Shown here one piece after another: positions 19,487 through 28,731 of a stretch of 64,000 bases of DNA; the first letter of the stretch is position 1, and every line of letters starts with the position of its first letter. Origin of the DNA: Promethearchaeota archaeon (GTDB taxonomy: Archaea > Asgardarchaeota > Lokiarchaeia > Sigyniarchaeales > SOKP01); contig JAHPZE010000002.1 in assembly GCA_019058365.1 (NCBI GenBank), positions 96,001 to 160,000 of the forward strand, read 5' to 3'. Under the pieces are notes generated by a model. It searched no databases. It had not been told where the DNA came from and was given only the letters and a program-made list of their open reading frames with translations. The position numbers and the translations under genes are program-made.

Positions 19487-21053
19487 AATTCTTATAATTA
19501 CTGGCCTGCTAAGTTATGATATAATAGAGAAGATAGTCAAACACGTAAAAGAGCATGAGATAAATATTATAAAAGCACCAATATCTATTTCTGCATTTCT
19601 TACAGAATCTATAATAACTGATATTTTAGAACAAATAGAAATTTCTAATTATGATTTGATATTATTGCCTGGTTTTGTCCAGTGGGATTCTACTAATTTA
19701 GAAGAAAAATTTTCAATAAATATTAGAAAAGGACCTGAATTTGCTTCTGATTTACCTGTAACCTTAAAAAATTTAAAAAATTTCATATTATCTAATACAA
19801 TACCGGCAAATAGATTATTAGAGATTTCAGGTGAAAATAAATATTCAGAAATTGTAAAGGAACAATTAGAATTGGCTAAAAACGATCTAGGTTCTCATAC
19901 ATATTACCTTAATGAAAAAAAGACTAATATCATAATTGGAAGGTATATGCCACCTCCTATAATTGCTGAGATTGTCAATTGTACTGAAAAAAGTAATGAG
20001 CAGATTCTTAAAAAAGCAAAACATTATATAAATTCTGGAGCGGATATTATAGATATTGGATGCGTATCTAATAAACCGAACCCCGAAAGAATCAAAGAGA
20101 TAATCAAATTAATTAGGTCCAAACATGATGTTTTGATAAGTATCGATTCAATGGTCCCAGAAGAAATAAATGCTGCTGCAGATGAAAACATTGATCTCAT
20201 TTTAAGTTTAGATCTCGGCAATTATGAAGAAATGTTAAATCTCCCTAAAAACATTCCTATTGTTATACTTCCCACAAATGTTAAGGATGCTTATTTTCCT
20301 AAAGATCCCGAGACTCGAATTAAAAATTTATTTAAATTAACAAAGAGATTATTAAACAATGGATTCAAGAAATTAATAGCTGATCCCTTATTAGAAACAC
20401 CTATAAGTCCAGGAATTTGCAACTCTTTGGAAGCTTATTTTCTATATAAAAAGAAAGTTATTGAAAATAAATACGAACCTTTTGAATTACCGATGTTTTT
20501 TGGAATTTCAAACGTAGTAGAACTCATGGATATTGATTCTATCGGAATTAATGGACTTTTAGCTAGTATTGCAGTTGAATTAGATATAGGAATTCTTTTT
20601 ACTGTTGAACATAGTGCAAAATTAATGGGAGGGGTAAGAGAATTAAAAGAATGTGTAAAATTAAATTATATTGCCAAGCATAATAAAACTCCCCCAATAA
20701 ACCAAGGAATCTCAATATTAAAGGCTAAAGGAAAAACAAGTCAAGAATTACCTCCTATAAATCAAGCTAATGTGATTTTAGCAGATAAAACCATACAAGA
20801 TTATATTCCCGATACTAATGGGTATTTTAGAATTTATACAGATAACTATTCTAAAAAAATCTTTGTTCATTTCTATTCTTATGATGACAAATTGCTTCAA
20901 ACTTTTATAGGGGAAAATGCTGAAGCTTTAAGTAAAAAGATAATTCAAAATGACTTAACTAAAAATATATATCATTTAAATTATTTAGGTAGAGAATTGA
21001 AAAAAGCAGAAATTTGCTTATTTTTTGGAAAACCTTATATCCAAGATGAATAA
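19482..21053 (+). CDS. Dihydropteroate synthase-like protein (dihydromethanopterin/MptH-related, C-terminal DUF4346-like domain); N-terminus extended to ATT
   Basis: IIAEI, GADIIDIG, ISIDS, IADP, SNVVELMD.DS.G.N, H..YLGREL.KAE. The frame is open upstream of the track's 19656 start, to (I)RILIITGLLS at 19482. Confidence 0.85.
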   Translation: MRILIITGLLSYDIIEKIVKHVKEHEINIIKAPISISAFLTESIITDILEQIEISNYDLILLPGFVQWDSTNLEEKFSINIRKGPEFASDLPVTLKNLKNFILSNTIPANRLLEISGENKYSEIVKEQLELAKNDLGSHTYYLNEKKTNIIIGRYMPPPIIAEIVNCTEKSNEQILKKAKHYINSGADIIDIGCVSNKPNPERIKEIIKLIRSKHDVLISIDSMVPEEINAAADENIDLILSLDLGNYEEMLNLPKNIPIVILPTNVKDAYFPKDPETRIKNLFKLTKRLLNNGFKKLIADPLLETPISPGICNSLEAYFLYKKKVIENKYEPFELPMFFGISNVVELMDIDSIGINGLLASIAVELDIGILFTVEHSAKLMGGVRELKECVKLNYIAKHNKTPPINQGISILKAKGKTSQELPPINQANVILADKTIQDYIPDTNGYFRIYTDNYSKKIFVHFYSYDDKLLQTFIGENAEALSKKIIQNDLTKNIYHLNYLGRELKKAEICLFFGKPYIQDE

Positions 21054-21067
21054 AAAAAAAAATTAAA

Positions 21068-21355
21068 TTAAATAATTTCATGACATATTTTTATATCGAT
21101 TCCAGGTTCTAAAAGAGGACTCAATTTTACCATGTTCTTACCTAAATTTTTATTATGTTGTTTCAATGCATCAGAATCAGCATATACTTCATAAAAAATA
21201 ATTGAATTTTCCTCTCCCTTTATTGTGTGAGGAATATATTGCAAACATCCTGGTTCTGATTCTTTTATTTTAGGTACAACTTCTTTTAGGACTTCAATTG
21301 CTTTTTCCATATTTCCTTTTTTCACTCGAGCTGCTGCAATTAATGTTATTGGGAT
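21068..21355 (-). CDS. Antibiotic-biosynthesis-monooxygenase (ABM/YgiN-like) family protein
   Basis: EPGCLQY, FYEVY.D..AL..H. The track's N-terminal 31 aa look like AT-rich intergenic sequence, so the start is placed near 21355-21367. Confidence 0.8.
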   Translation of the reverse strand: MPITLIAAARVKKGNMEKAIEVLKEVVPKIKESEPGCLQYIPHTIKGEENSIIFYEVYADSDALKQHNKNLGKNMVKLSPLLEPGIDIKICHEII

Positions 21356-21687
21356 TACAACCACCAATTCTTTCTTTATATTTTTAGTATTAATTTTAAT
21401 TTTTAATAAAATTATTAATAAAATTGTTAATTCCATAAAAAATTGCATTAGCTAAATAATATTGGTTATTTAGACAATTTTATTTCTATAATACATTCTA
21501 CTCAAATAGTACAAATAAAACCTTTTACAATATTACAATAATTAAAATCAGTTTATTTTAAAATTTAGGTACTCAGATGAGTTAATATTATAAATTTTAT
21601 GGTGAATTTATGAGTAGAAATTTAAATAATTACTAAACTTATATAGCATACACTTATGAACTAAATAACCTCAAACAGTTTGATATT

Positions 21688-23553
21688 ATGATCCCAAAAA
21701 ATATGGAATCCTTTCTTAATGAACATCTCCCTAAAGCTACTTTTAAAGCTCGGCTTAAAAAAGATCAAGGAAAATGTTATTTAGAATTTAGTAATCTAGA
21801 TGTCCATCTTTTATCCCATTTAGGGATTATATGCGATAAAGTAGGTCCTCACTTAGTAGGATGTATATGGGATGAAAATTCACCACTTGAAATCGGTGGA
21901 TATGTAGTTGTGGATTCCCTCGCGGGAGGTCGCCCTTCAATGGGAGGAATTAGGATGTTACCAAGTATAACTCCATCTGATATCCATAATCTAGCACGAG
22001 GAATGACGTTAAAAAATGCTGCTGCTAATCTTCCTTATGGGGGTGGAAAAGCAGGAATTGTAGCAGAAAGGGGACTCTCTCCCGAAGAACATACTAAAAT
22101 TGTCAGTGGTTTTGCTCGATTAATTCGACGGTATAAAGAAATCTACCTTCCAGGGCCTGATGTTGGCACGAATGATGCTGATATGAAGACTATTGCCATT
22201 GAAAATGGGTTAGATAAAGCTCTCTCTAAGCCTGCTGATATGGGTGGGAACCGTATTGATGAACTTGGAGCTGCTGCGGGAGGCGTTATAATTGCATTAC
22301 AAACTCTGTTAAAAATTATGCCAAGATTAAGAATACTTACTCAATTCGCTAATTTGGAAATTCCTAATACAAAAGATCTTAAAATATTGATTCAAGGTTT
22401 TGGAGCAGTAGGAGCTCATGCTGCCCGTATATTGAAAGATCGATTACCTGAAGCAAAAGTTATAGGTATTAGTGATTTAGAGGGATATTTATATAATGAA
22501 TCTGGATTACCTATTGGAGAATTATTTAAATTATGGAAAAAAAATAAATTAGTTACTAATCTATATTTTAAAAATCAAATACTCTCAGAAGGATATAAAC
22601 ATCCAACTAAATTTTCTACAAATGCAGATAATTTACTCCTAGAAAATGCATTTTGTTTGATTCCAGCTGCTCCTATTTTTAATTATTTATGTGTCAGAAG
22701 ATCTGAAAATCCTTCGATGACTGTTGATCGAATGGGAAAATGGTCAGTGATTATTGAAGGTGCTAATACTTACTCTCCTGATCCAAATAGAAAGGCTGCC
22801 CGAATTCGGATGGAACAAATTGTATATCGAGAAAAAGGAGTTATGATCGCAAATGATTATTTAGTTAATTCGGGTGGAGTAATATTTGCAGCTCAAGAGC
22901 ATATTGTAAAAACCCCAGATCACCTACAAATTCCAGAAGAAATGTTAGGTAATCGTGAATTAGTACAAAAATGGTTAAAAGATCATGCAAATGAATTTGC
23001 TAAATTATCAAAACAACGTTTAATAGCAGGTGAAGAATACAGAGAAAAAGTAATTCATAATAACATGATTGAATTAGTTGATATGCTAACTAAATATCCA
23101 GATATGTTACCCTGCACTGCTGCTGAACAAATAAGCCTTCAGCGTCTTACAGCGAAAGAAAGACAACGTACAGCTAAGGACATTATGATACCAATACCAA
23201 CTATCGACGTTAAAAGCACAATTCAAGAAGCTGCATCATTAATTATTAAAGAAGTGAGTGATATCATAGCTGTTCTTTCGAGTGGTAAACTTGTAGGTGT
23301 TGTAACTGATTGGGATGTTACAAAAGCTATGGCGGAGGGAAGTATAGATGTTACTCTTGACAAAATAATGACTAGAGATGTTATTACCACTCATCCAAAT
23401 TTTACAATTGTAGATATAGTGCGTGAATTGGAACAATCTAAAATCTCAGCAATGCCGGTTGTGGAAGAAGGTATTGTATTAGGAAAAGTTAACTCAGATC
23501 TCATTGCCCAACGCTACGTATTAGATTTACTACAGTCTCGAGAACCGCATTAA
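21688..23553 (+). CDS. Glu/Leu/Phe/Val dehydrogenase fused to C-terminal CBS pair
   Basis: GGIRM, MTLKNA, GGGKAG, PGPDVGT, QGFGAVG, IEGAN, NSGGV; AKDIM...LVGVVTDWDV...IMTRDV...MPVV CBS motifs. Confidence 0.9.
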   Translation: MIPKNMESFLNEHLPKATFKARLKKDQGKCYLEFSNLDVHLLSHLGIICDKVGPHLVGCIWDENSPLEIGGYVVVDSLAGGRPSMGGIRMLPSITPSDIHNLARGMTLKNAAANLPYGGGKAGIVAERGLSPEEHTKIVSGFARLIRRYKEIYLPGPDVGTNDADMKTIAIENGLDKALSKPADMGGNRIDELGAAAGGVIIALQTLLKIMPRLRILTQFANLEIPNTKDLKILIQGFGAVGAHAARILKDRLPEAKVIGISDLEGYLYNESGLPIGELFKLWKKNKLVTNLYFKNQILSEGYKHPTKFSTNADNLLLENAFCLIPAAPIFNYLCVRRSENPSMTVDRMGKWSVIIEGANTYSPDPNRKAARIRMEQIVYREKGVMIANDYLVNSGGVIFAAQEHIVKTPDHLQIPEEMLGNRELVQKWLKDHANEFAKLSKQRLIAGEEYREKVIHNNMIELVDMLTKYPDMLPCTAAEQISLQRLTAKERQRTAKDIMIPIPTIDVKSTIQEAASLIIKEVSDIIAVLSSGKLVGVVTDWDVTKAMAEGSIDVTLDKIMTRDVITTHPNFTIVDIVRELEQSKISAMPVVEEGIVLGKVNSDLIAQRYVLDLLQSREPH

Positions 23554-23590
23554 TAATTAAAATTTTAAAATATAATTTATTAAGAAGATC

Positions 23591-24721
23591 TTAATAAAAT
23601 TTTATAATATTATATAAAGTATCTCTTTGTGCTGGTCTTTTTCCTGCGTTATTTATTATTTTCACTATTTCTTCTGGAGACAAATACTCGCCAAATTCAG
23701 CACCAGCACTTTTTGAAATATTCTCTTCCATTAATGTTCCAGAGAAGTCATTAACCCCGTAATTTAAAGAAACTTGCGCAAAATTTGGACCCAATTTTAC
23801 CCAACTACATTGGATATTATCAATGTAATTATTAAAGAATAATCTTGCTACACAAAATAGTTTTAAATCATCCATTCCATAGTTAGGTTTTAAAGGAAAA
23901 TTTTCAAGTTGAGATAAAATCGGATTTTCTTTTACGAACGGTAATGGTACAAATTCAGTGAACCCATGAGTTTCCCTTTGTATTTCTCTTAATATTTCTA
24001 AATGCTTAACTCTATCACTTAAACTTTCAATATGGCCATACATTATGGTAGAAGTTGTTGGAATCTTTAACTTGTGAGCAGTAGTTATAATTTCTTTCCA
24101 TTGAGATGTATTCACCTTATTTGGACAAATCACTTTTCTTATTTCATCAACTAATATCTCTGCAGCTGTTCCTGGAATAGAGTCTAGTCCTGCTTTTTTT
24201 AATTCTCTAAGCGTATCTAATATCGAATTTTCAAATAATTTGGCTATATAGAATATTTCCTGTGGAGAAAATGCATGTATATGCATCCTTGGATCGATTT
24301 TTTTAACAGTTTTAAGAATATCCAAATAAAATTCAAACTTTACCTTAGGATTTATGCCACCTTGAATACAAACTTCCGTACATCCCGTATTTTTAGCTTC
24401 GATTACTTTTTCTCTAATCTGATCAATATCAAGTAAGAATGCATTAGGATCTGTTGCTGGTAAACTAAAAGAACAGAACTTACAGCGTTGATAACAAATA
24501 TTTGTGAAATTTATATTTCTATTTATAACAAAAGTTACAAGATTTTGCTTTTTTCCGAAGCAGATCTGATCTGCTACGTATTGTAAAGCAAAGAATTCTT
24601 TTCCCTTTACTTTTAAAATCTCTAAGGCTTCTTCTGAACTTATTTCATCCGAATCTAAAGCTTTCTGTAGAATTTTCTTTATATTTGGACTGATATTTTC
24701 AGACAACTGAGTATTTATCAT
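23591..24721 (-). CDS. cofH: FO synthase subunit 2
   Basis: NRNINFTNICYQRCKFC, GTAAEIL, STIMYGH, GFTEFVPL, GTLMEENIS; adjacent to cofG. Confidence 0.92.
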   Translation of the reverse strand: MINTQLSENISPNIKKILQKALDSDEISSEEALEILKVKGKEFFALQYVADQICFGKKQNLVTFVINRNINFTNICYQRCKFCSFSLPATDPNAFLLDIDQIREKVIEAKNTGCTEVCIQGGINPKVKFEFYLDILKTVKKIDPRMHIHAFSPQEIFYIAKLFENSILDTLRELKKAGLDSIPGTAAEILVDEIRKVICPNKVNTSQWKEIITTAHKLKIPTTSTIMYGHIESLSDRVKHLEILREIQRETHGFTEFVPLPFVKENPILSQLENFPLKPNYGMDDLKLFCVARLFFNNYIDNIQCSWVKLGPNFAQVSLNYGVNDFSGTLMEENISKSAGAEFGEYLSPEEIVKIINNAGKRPAQRDTLYNIIKFY

Positions 24722-25823
24722 CTAAATTTATATTATCAATTACTTTTTTAATATTTTCTGGACAAAAACTTTCTTTCTTTATAAATTTACTATAGATGGG
24801 GAGTCTCTCTTTGAGATTATAACCTTTTTCTTTACAAATTTTATATAAATCCTCTATTTGAGGCCACTGATTTTCAGGATTTATAAAATCTAATGTAAAA
24901 GGGGAAATTCCACCAAAATCATCAATACCCATATCGATAAACTCTCTTTCAAAACCTGGTATAAGATTTGGTGGAACTTGAATAGCAATATCGTTTTCAA
25001 AAATAATTCGAGCAAATCCTACTATTTTAAGCATATCTTCAAGAGTAATTGACTTTCTAGGCTGGTAAGGGATATTTTGTTTATTTATAAAATTTTGAAT
25101 TATTACTTCTTGTATATGACCATATTTATCATTGATCTCCTTTATTAAATATAAATCTCCAATGATATCTTCAATACTTTCTCCAATACCTAATAATAAA
25201 CCTGTAGTAAAGGGAATTTTTAATTTTCCTGCATTATTTATGTGCTCTATTCTTTTTTTTGGCATTTTTCCAAGAGAATGCTCATGTACTTCGCCCTTTT
25301 CAAAGAGTTTCATGCTTGTACTTTCAAGCATTAATCCCATACTTGCATTATATTTTTTTAAATTCTTTATTTCATCATATGTCAAATATCCTAAATTTGT
25401 ATGTGGTAGAATGTTAAAATCTAACAGATAAGTGCTAACATCTTTTACAAACTCAATAAAATCTGAACATTTTCTTTTTTCTAATTCTTTTTTAACTTCA
25501 AGAAATCTTCCAGGACGTTCTCCAGACATTATAAGGGCTTCTTTACATTCATTTTGAAACGCTTTCTGAATTAAATTTACTATGTGTTCATTACTAAGCA
25601 AAATAACATTGCTCTCACTATTTAATTTCGGAATTTTATAATTATAAAAGCAATACCCACACTGATTTATACAATAGTTTGAAAGAGAAAGTGTAAAATT
25701 TTTAGAATATGTAATTACATTACGATCTTCCTCAGGTAATTGATCTTTTATATCTTTAACCTTAATACTCAATTTCTTAATAGTTAAGCTTATTAATTGC
25801 TTGATTTTCTTTTCATTCATCAC
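24699..25823 (-). CDS. cofG: FO synthase subunit 1
   Basis: ITYSKN, CINQCGYC, PHTN.G, SMGLMLES, PFTTGLL.GIGE, IQVPPNL, GGISP. Confidence 0.92.
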   Translation of the reverse strand: MMNEKKIKQLISLTIKKLSIKVKDIKDQLPEEDRNVITYSKNFTLSLSNYCINQCGYCFYNYKIPKLNSESNVILLSNEHIVNLIQKAFQNECKEALIMSGERPGRFLEVKKELEKRKCSDFIEFVKDVSTYLLDFNILPHTNLGYLTYDEIKNLKKYNASMGLMLESTSMKLFEKGEVHEHSLGKMPKKRIEHINNAGKLKIPFTTGLLLGIGESIEDIIGDLYLIKEINDKYGHIQEVIIQNFINKQNIPYQPRKSITLEDMLKIVGFARIIFENDIAIQVPPNLIPGFEREFIDMGIDDFGGISPFTLDFINPENQWPQIEDLYKICKEKGYNLKERLPIYSKFIKKESFCPENIKKVIDNINLDDKYSVV

Positions 25824-26488
25824 TTTCTCTTTTTATAACTTAAAGTAATATAATAAGTTCTGATTTTAACATCAAATAAATCAAATCTAGGTGCACTTTT
25901 TATCTCTTCAAATCCTATTCCTTCTACCAAGCTTGTTGCTTCCTTTCCACCAACAATCCAGGGTGCTATAGTTAACCTTATATCATCAATTAAATTATTT
26001 TGTATAAAACTCCAATTTAAATTACCACCACCTTCCAATAAGATAGTATTTATTCCCAAACTTTTTAGGATCGGTAAAAGCTTTATTAAATCCACACGTT
26101 TACCATCTCCCGCTCTAATTATTTTTACTCCTCTTGCTTCATAATCTCTTTGTTTGGTAAATGGAACATTTTCAGTAGTGCAAATTATTGTAGGATAAAT
26201 TTCTGGTCGAAAGGAAATTACATTCGATTCTAGTGGTATCGTCAAATTGCTATCTAAAACAATTCTATAATATCCTTTATGATTATAATATTTAATATGC
26301 AATTTTGGATTATCTTTTAAAATTGTATCCTTTCCCACCATTATTGCATCAACTTGAGTTCGAAGTTTATGGACCTCTTTCCAGTCAACTTTATCCGATA
26401 ATTCTGAATCACCCTCTTTAGTTGCGATTTTACCATCTATAGTCATTGCAGCGCTTAAAATAATATAGGGATTGTTAACTTTTTTCAA
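25820..26488 (-). CDS. arfC: 2,5-diamino-6-ribosylamino-4(3H)-pyrimidinone 5'-phosphate reductase (RibD C-terminal-like)
   Basis: AAMTIDGKIA, H.LR...DAIMVG..T..DNP.L, EGGG.LN, AP.IVGG; no deaminase domain. Confidence 0.9.
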   Translation of the reverse strand: MKKVNNPYIILSAAMTIDGKIATKEGDSELSDKVDWKEVHKLRTQVDAIMVGKDTILKDNPKLHIKYYNHKGYYRIVLDSNLTIPLESNVISFRPEIYPTIICTTENVPFTKQRDYEARGVKIIRAGDGKRVDLIKLLPILKSLGINTILLEGGGNLNWSFIQNNLIDDIRLTIAPWIVGGKEATSLVEGIGFEEIKSAPRFDLFDVKIRTYYITLSYKKRK

Positions 26489-27644
26489 ATACTAATCCTC
26501 CTTTAATAAATGTCTTTTTTATATTTTCTGATTTTGTTCTTTGAGTAATTAGATCATATATATTATTAGAATCTAAAATTGAAGAAAAGAGATTTGGAGA
26601 GCTAAGATCAATTAAAAAAAGATCAGCAAATTTTCCTTTTGAAATTGAACCAAACTCTTTTTCGAGATCAAAATTTTTTGCAGCATTAATTGTAACCATC
26701 TTCAATAAATCTTTAGAGGAAAATTGAAGCTCTTTATTATAATTGCATAAAACCCTCGAAATTCGATAAAGATATCGTATCTCTTCAAATAAATCTGTAT
26801 TATTTACCATTAAATTATCTGTTCCTAAGGATATTGGAACTTTTAAGCTTAAAATTTCATTGATGGGAGGAAATCCGGTTCCAAAATATCCATTACAACG
26901 AGGACATAAAACAAGAGATTTATGATATCTGTTTATTTTTTCTAAATCATTTTTGATAAATTTTGTTCCATGAATGATGATATCAACAAAATTATCACTA
27001 AACATTTCATTTATTAAATTTTCACTACGAATCTTTTCCGCACAATGGCAAGCAATAATTTTTTTAAATTTATGTTTAGCAGATACAACAAATTTTTTAT
27101 TTGATGAACTAATTTGTTTATAACTAGATAATCCAACTCCATCTGCCATATTAAATATAGCTTCTATTTCGCTTTCATCCATAAATCGTCCTAAAACTAA
27201 AAAATTAATTGGACTGTCAGTAAGTGCCTTTTTTAAAAGCTTTACTCCTTTAACCCCTTCCTCTCGAAAATCAATGAAAAATGTAATACCATTTGAAAGC
27301 ATTTCTAAAACAGCATTTTGAATTCCATTAATCTTAATGTCTTTTGGAGTTTGTCTTAATAATTTATGTTTAAGGCCAAATGGTGGGGCAACGATTTCCC
27401 CTAGTTCTTTATTAAAACCCAATTCTTTTGCAAAATTATCTCCAATATGGATATGTGAGTTTATAAAACCTGGAATCATTAAGAATGTCTGATGATTGGG
27501 AAGAATTTCGATATTTGCACTTATATTATCACAAGAAATATGGATAATTCTTCCATTTTCGTCTATTTCTAAATTTACATTCTGCTTTAAATCTAAATTC
27601 TCTCCAATTAAAGCATATTTGCTATATAAGAATTTTTTAGCCAT
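26475..27644 (-). CDS. Metal-dependent amidohydrolase (putative nucleobase/pyrimidine deaminase)
   Basis: PGFINSHIH, PP.GLKH, H.AE, LGTDN, TINAA, G.I..GK.AD. Start placed at MAKK; the track starts at 27704. Confidence 0.85.
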   Translation of the reverse strand: MAKKFLYSKYALIGENLDLKQNVNLEIDENGRIIHISCDNISANIEILPNHQTFLMIPGFINSHIHIGDNFAKELGFNKELGEIVAPPFGLKHKLLRQTPKDIKINGIQNAVLEMLSNGITFFIDFREEGVKGVKLLKKALTDSPINFLVLGRFMDESEIEAIFNMADGVGLSSYKQISSSNKKFVVSAKHKFKKIIACHCAEKIRSENLINEMFSDNFVDIIIHGTKFIKNDLEKINRYHKSLVLCPRCNGYFGTGFPPINEILSLKVPISLGTDNLMVNNTDLFEEIRYLYRISRVLCNYNKELQFSSKDLLKMVTINAAKNFDLEKEFGSISKGKFADLFLIDLSSPNLFSSILDSNNIYDLITQRTKSENIKKTFIKGGLVFEKS

Positions 27645-27737
27645 TAATTCATAAACAATGTAAATCATTTTAAATATTTCTAATCCTTTTAAAGAATAGA
27701 ACATTAAAAAATTAATTTTTGATACTGGTGGCTATAA

Positions 27738-28697
27738 ATTACTAAATTTAAAACAGATCTACAAGATTCTGGTTCAATAATAGATATTCCAATTGACAAG
27801 GTTGGTATTGTAGAATTGCAAAAAAAAGTTGAGATTGTTCAAGAAAATAAAAAGTACTCTTTCTATCCTAAAATTTCAGCGTTAATCAATCTTCCAGCTG
27901 AGCAGCGTGGAATTCATATGTCCCGAACTTCGGAAACTATAGAAGAAGTCATTAATGAAGTAATTTTCAAGCCCACCCCAACTATTGAACTTGTTGGAGA
28001 TAGAATTATAAAGAAATTAATGGAACAACACCCTTATACTTCTAAAGCTGAAGTAAAACTAGAAGGCAAAATTGTTGTTCAAGTAAAAGAAAATGATGAA
28101 AGACTTATTCAAAAATCATATGACATTAGTTCATTTGTAAAAGCAAGTCGAGATATTTCGGAAAATCTTGATTTTAATTATTTCATAGGTGCTAGTGCAG
28201 TTGGTATGACGGTCTGTCCTTGTGCTAAGGAGCTTTCTTTGGAATATGCAGAAGAAGTTGTTAAATCTAGAAAAGATATAAATGTTTCCGAAGAAGATCT
28301 TAATAAGCTGTTAAATCTACTTCCTTTCTCCTCACATAACCAAAGATCCATTGGGACAATAATTATCCAAATAAAAGATTTAACTAATCATAAGGTGGAT
28401 GTTTTAGATATAATTGATGTAATAGAAGAATCTATGAGCGGTAAAATTCAATCTGTTTTAAAAAGACCAGAAGAAGCTGAATTAGTAAGAAGTGCACACT
28501 TAAAACCTCTATTTTCAGAAGATGTTATAAGAGAAATGGCAAAAAATTTCATTTTAAGAGATTTTCCCAACCTTGAAGATGATTTTAAAGTAAAATTTAA
28601 AGTAGAAAGTCTAGAATCTATACATCCCCATAACGTCTTTGCTTCACTGAAAACGACCGTAGGAGAGTTAAAAGAAAGGCTGAAATATATCCATTAA
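27738..28697 (+). CDS. mptA: GTP cyclohydrolase MptA (FolE2 family); N-terminus extended to ATT
   Basis: RGIHMSR, G.TVCPC, HNQR, LKRPEE, P.F.ED..R, ESIHPHN. The upstream in-frame DLQD...IDKVGI segment is the conserved family N-terminus. Confidence 0.9.
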   Translation: MTKFKTDLQDSGSIIDIPIDKVGIVELQKKVEIVQENKKYSFYPKISALINLPAEQRGIHMSRTSETIEEVINEVIFKPTPTIELVGDRIIKKLMEQHPYTSKAEVKLEGKIVVQVKENDERLIQKSYDISSFVKASRDISENLDFNYFIGASAVGMTVCPCAKELSLEYAEEVVKSRKDINVSEEDLNKLLNLLPFSSHNQRSIGTIIIQIKDLTNHKVDVLDIIDVIEESMSGKIQSVLKRPEEAELVRSAHLKPLFSEDVIREMAKNFILRDFPNLEDDFKVKFKVESLESIHPHNVFASLKTTVGELKERLKYIH

Positions 28698-28731
28698 TTC
28701 TTAATTGAAAAATTGATTATTTTGGAAATTA

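Noticed and set aside
21356-21448. Hydrophobic N-terminal extension of the ABM protein as a signal peptide
   Set aside because: Reads as translated AT-rich intergenic DNA; an SD-like GGTGG lies just before the domain start.
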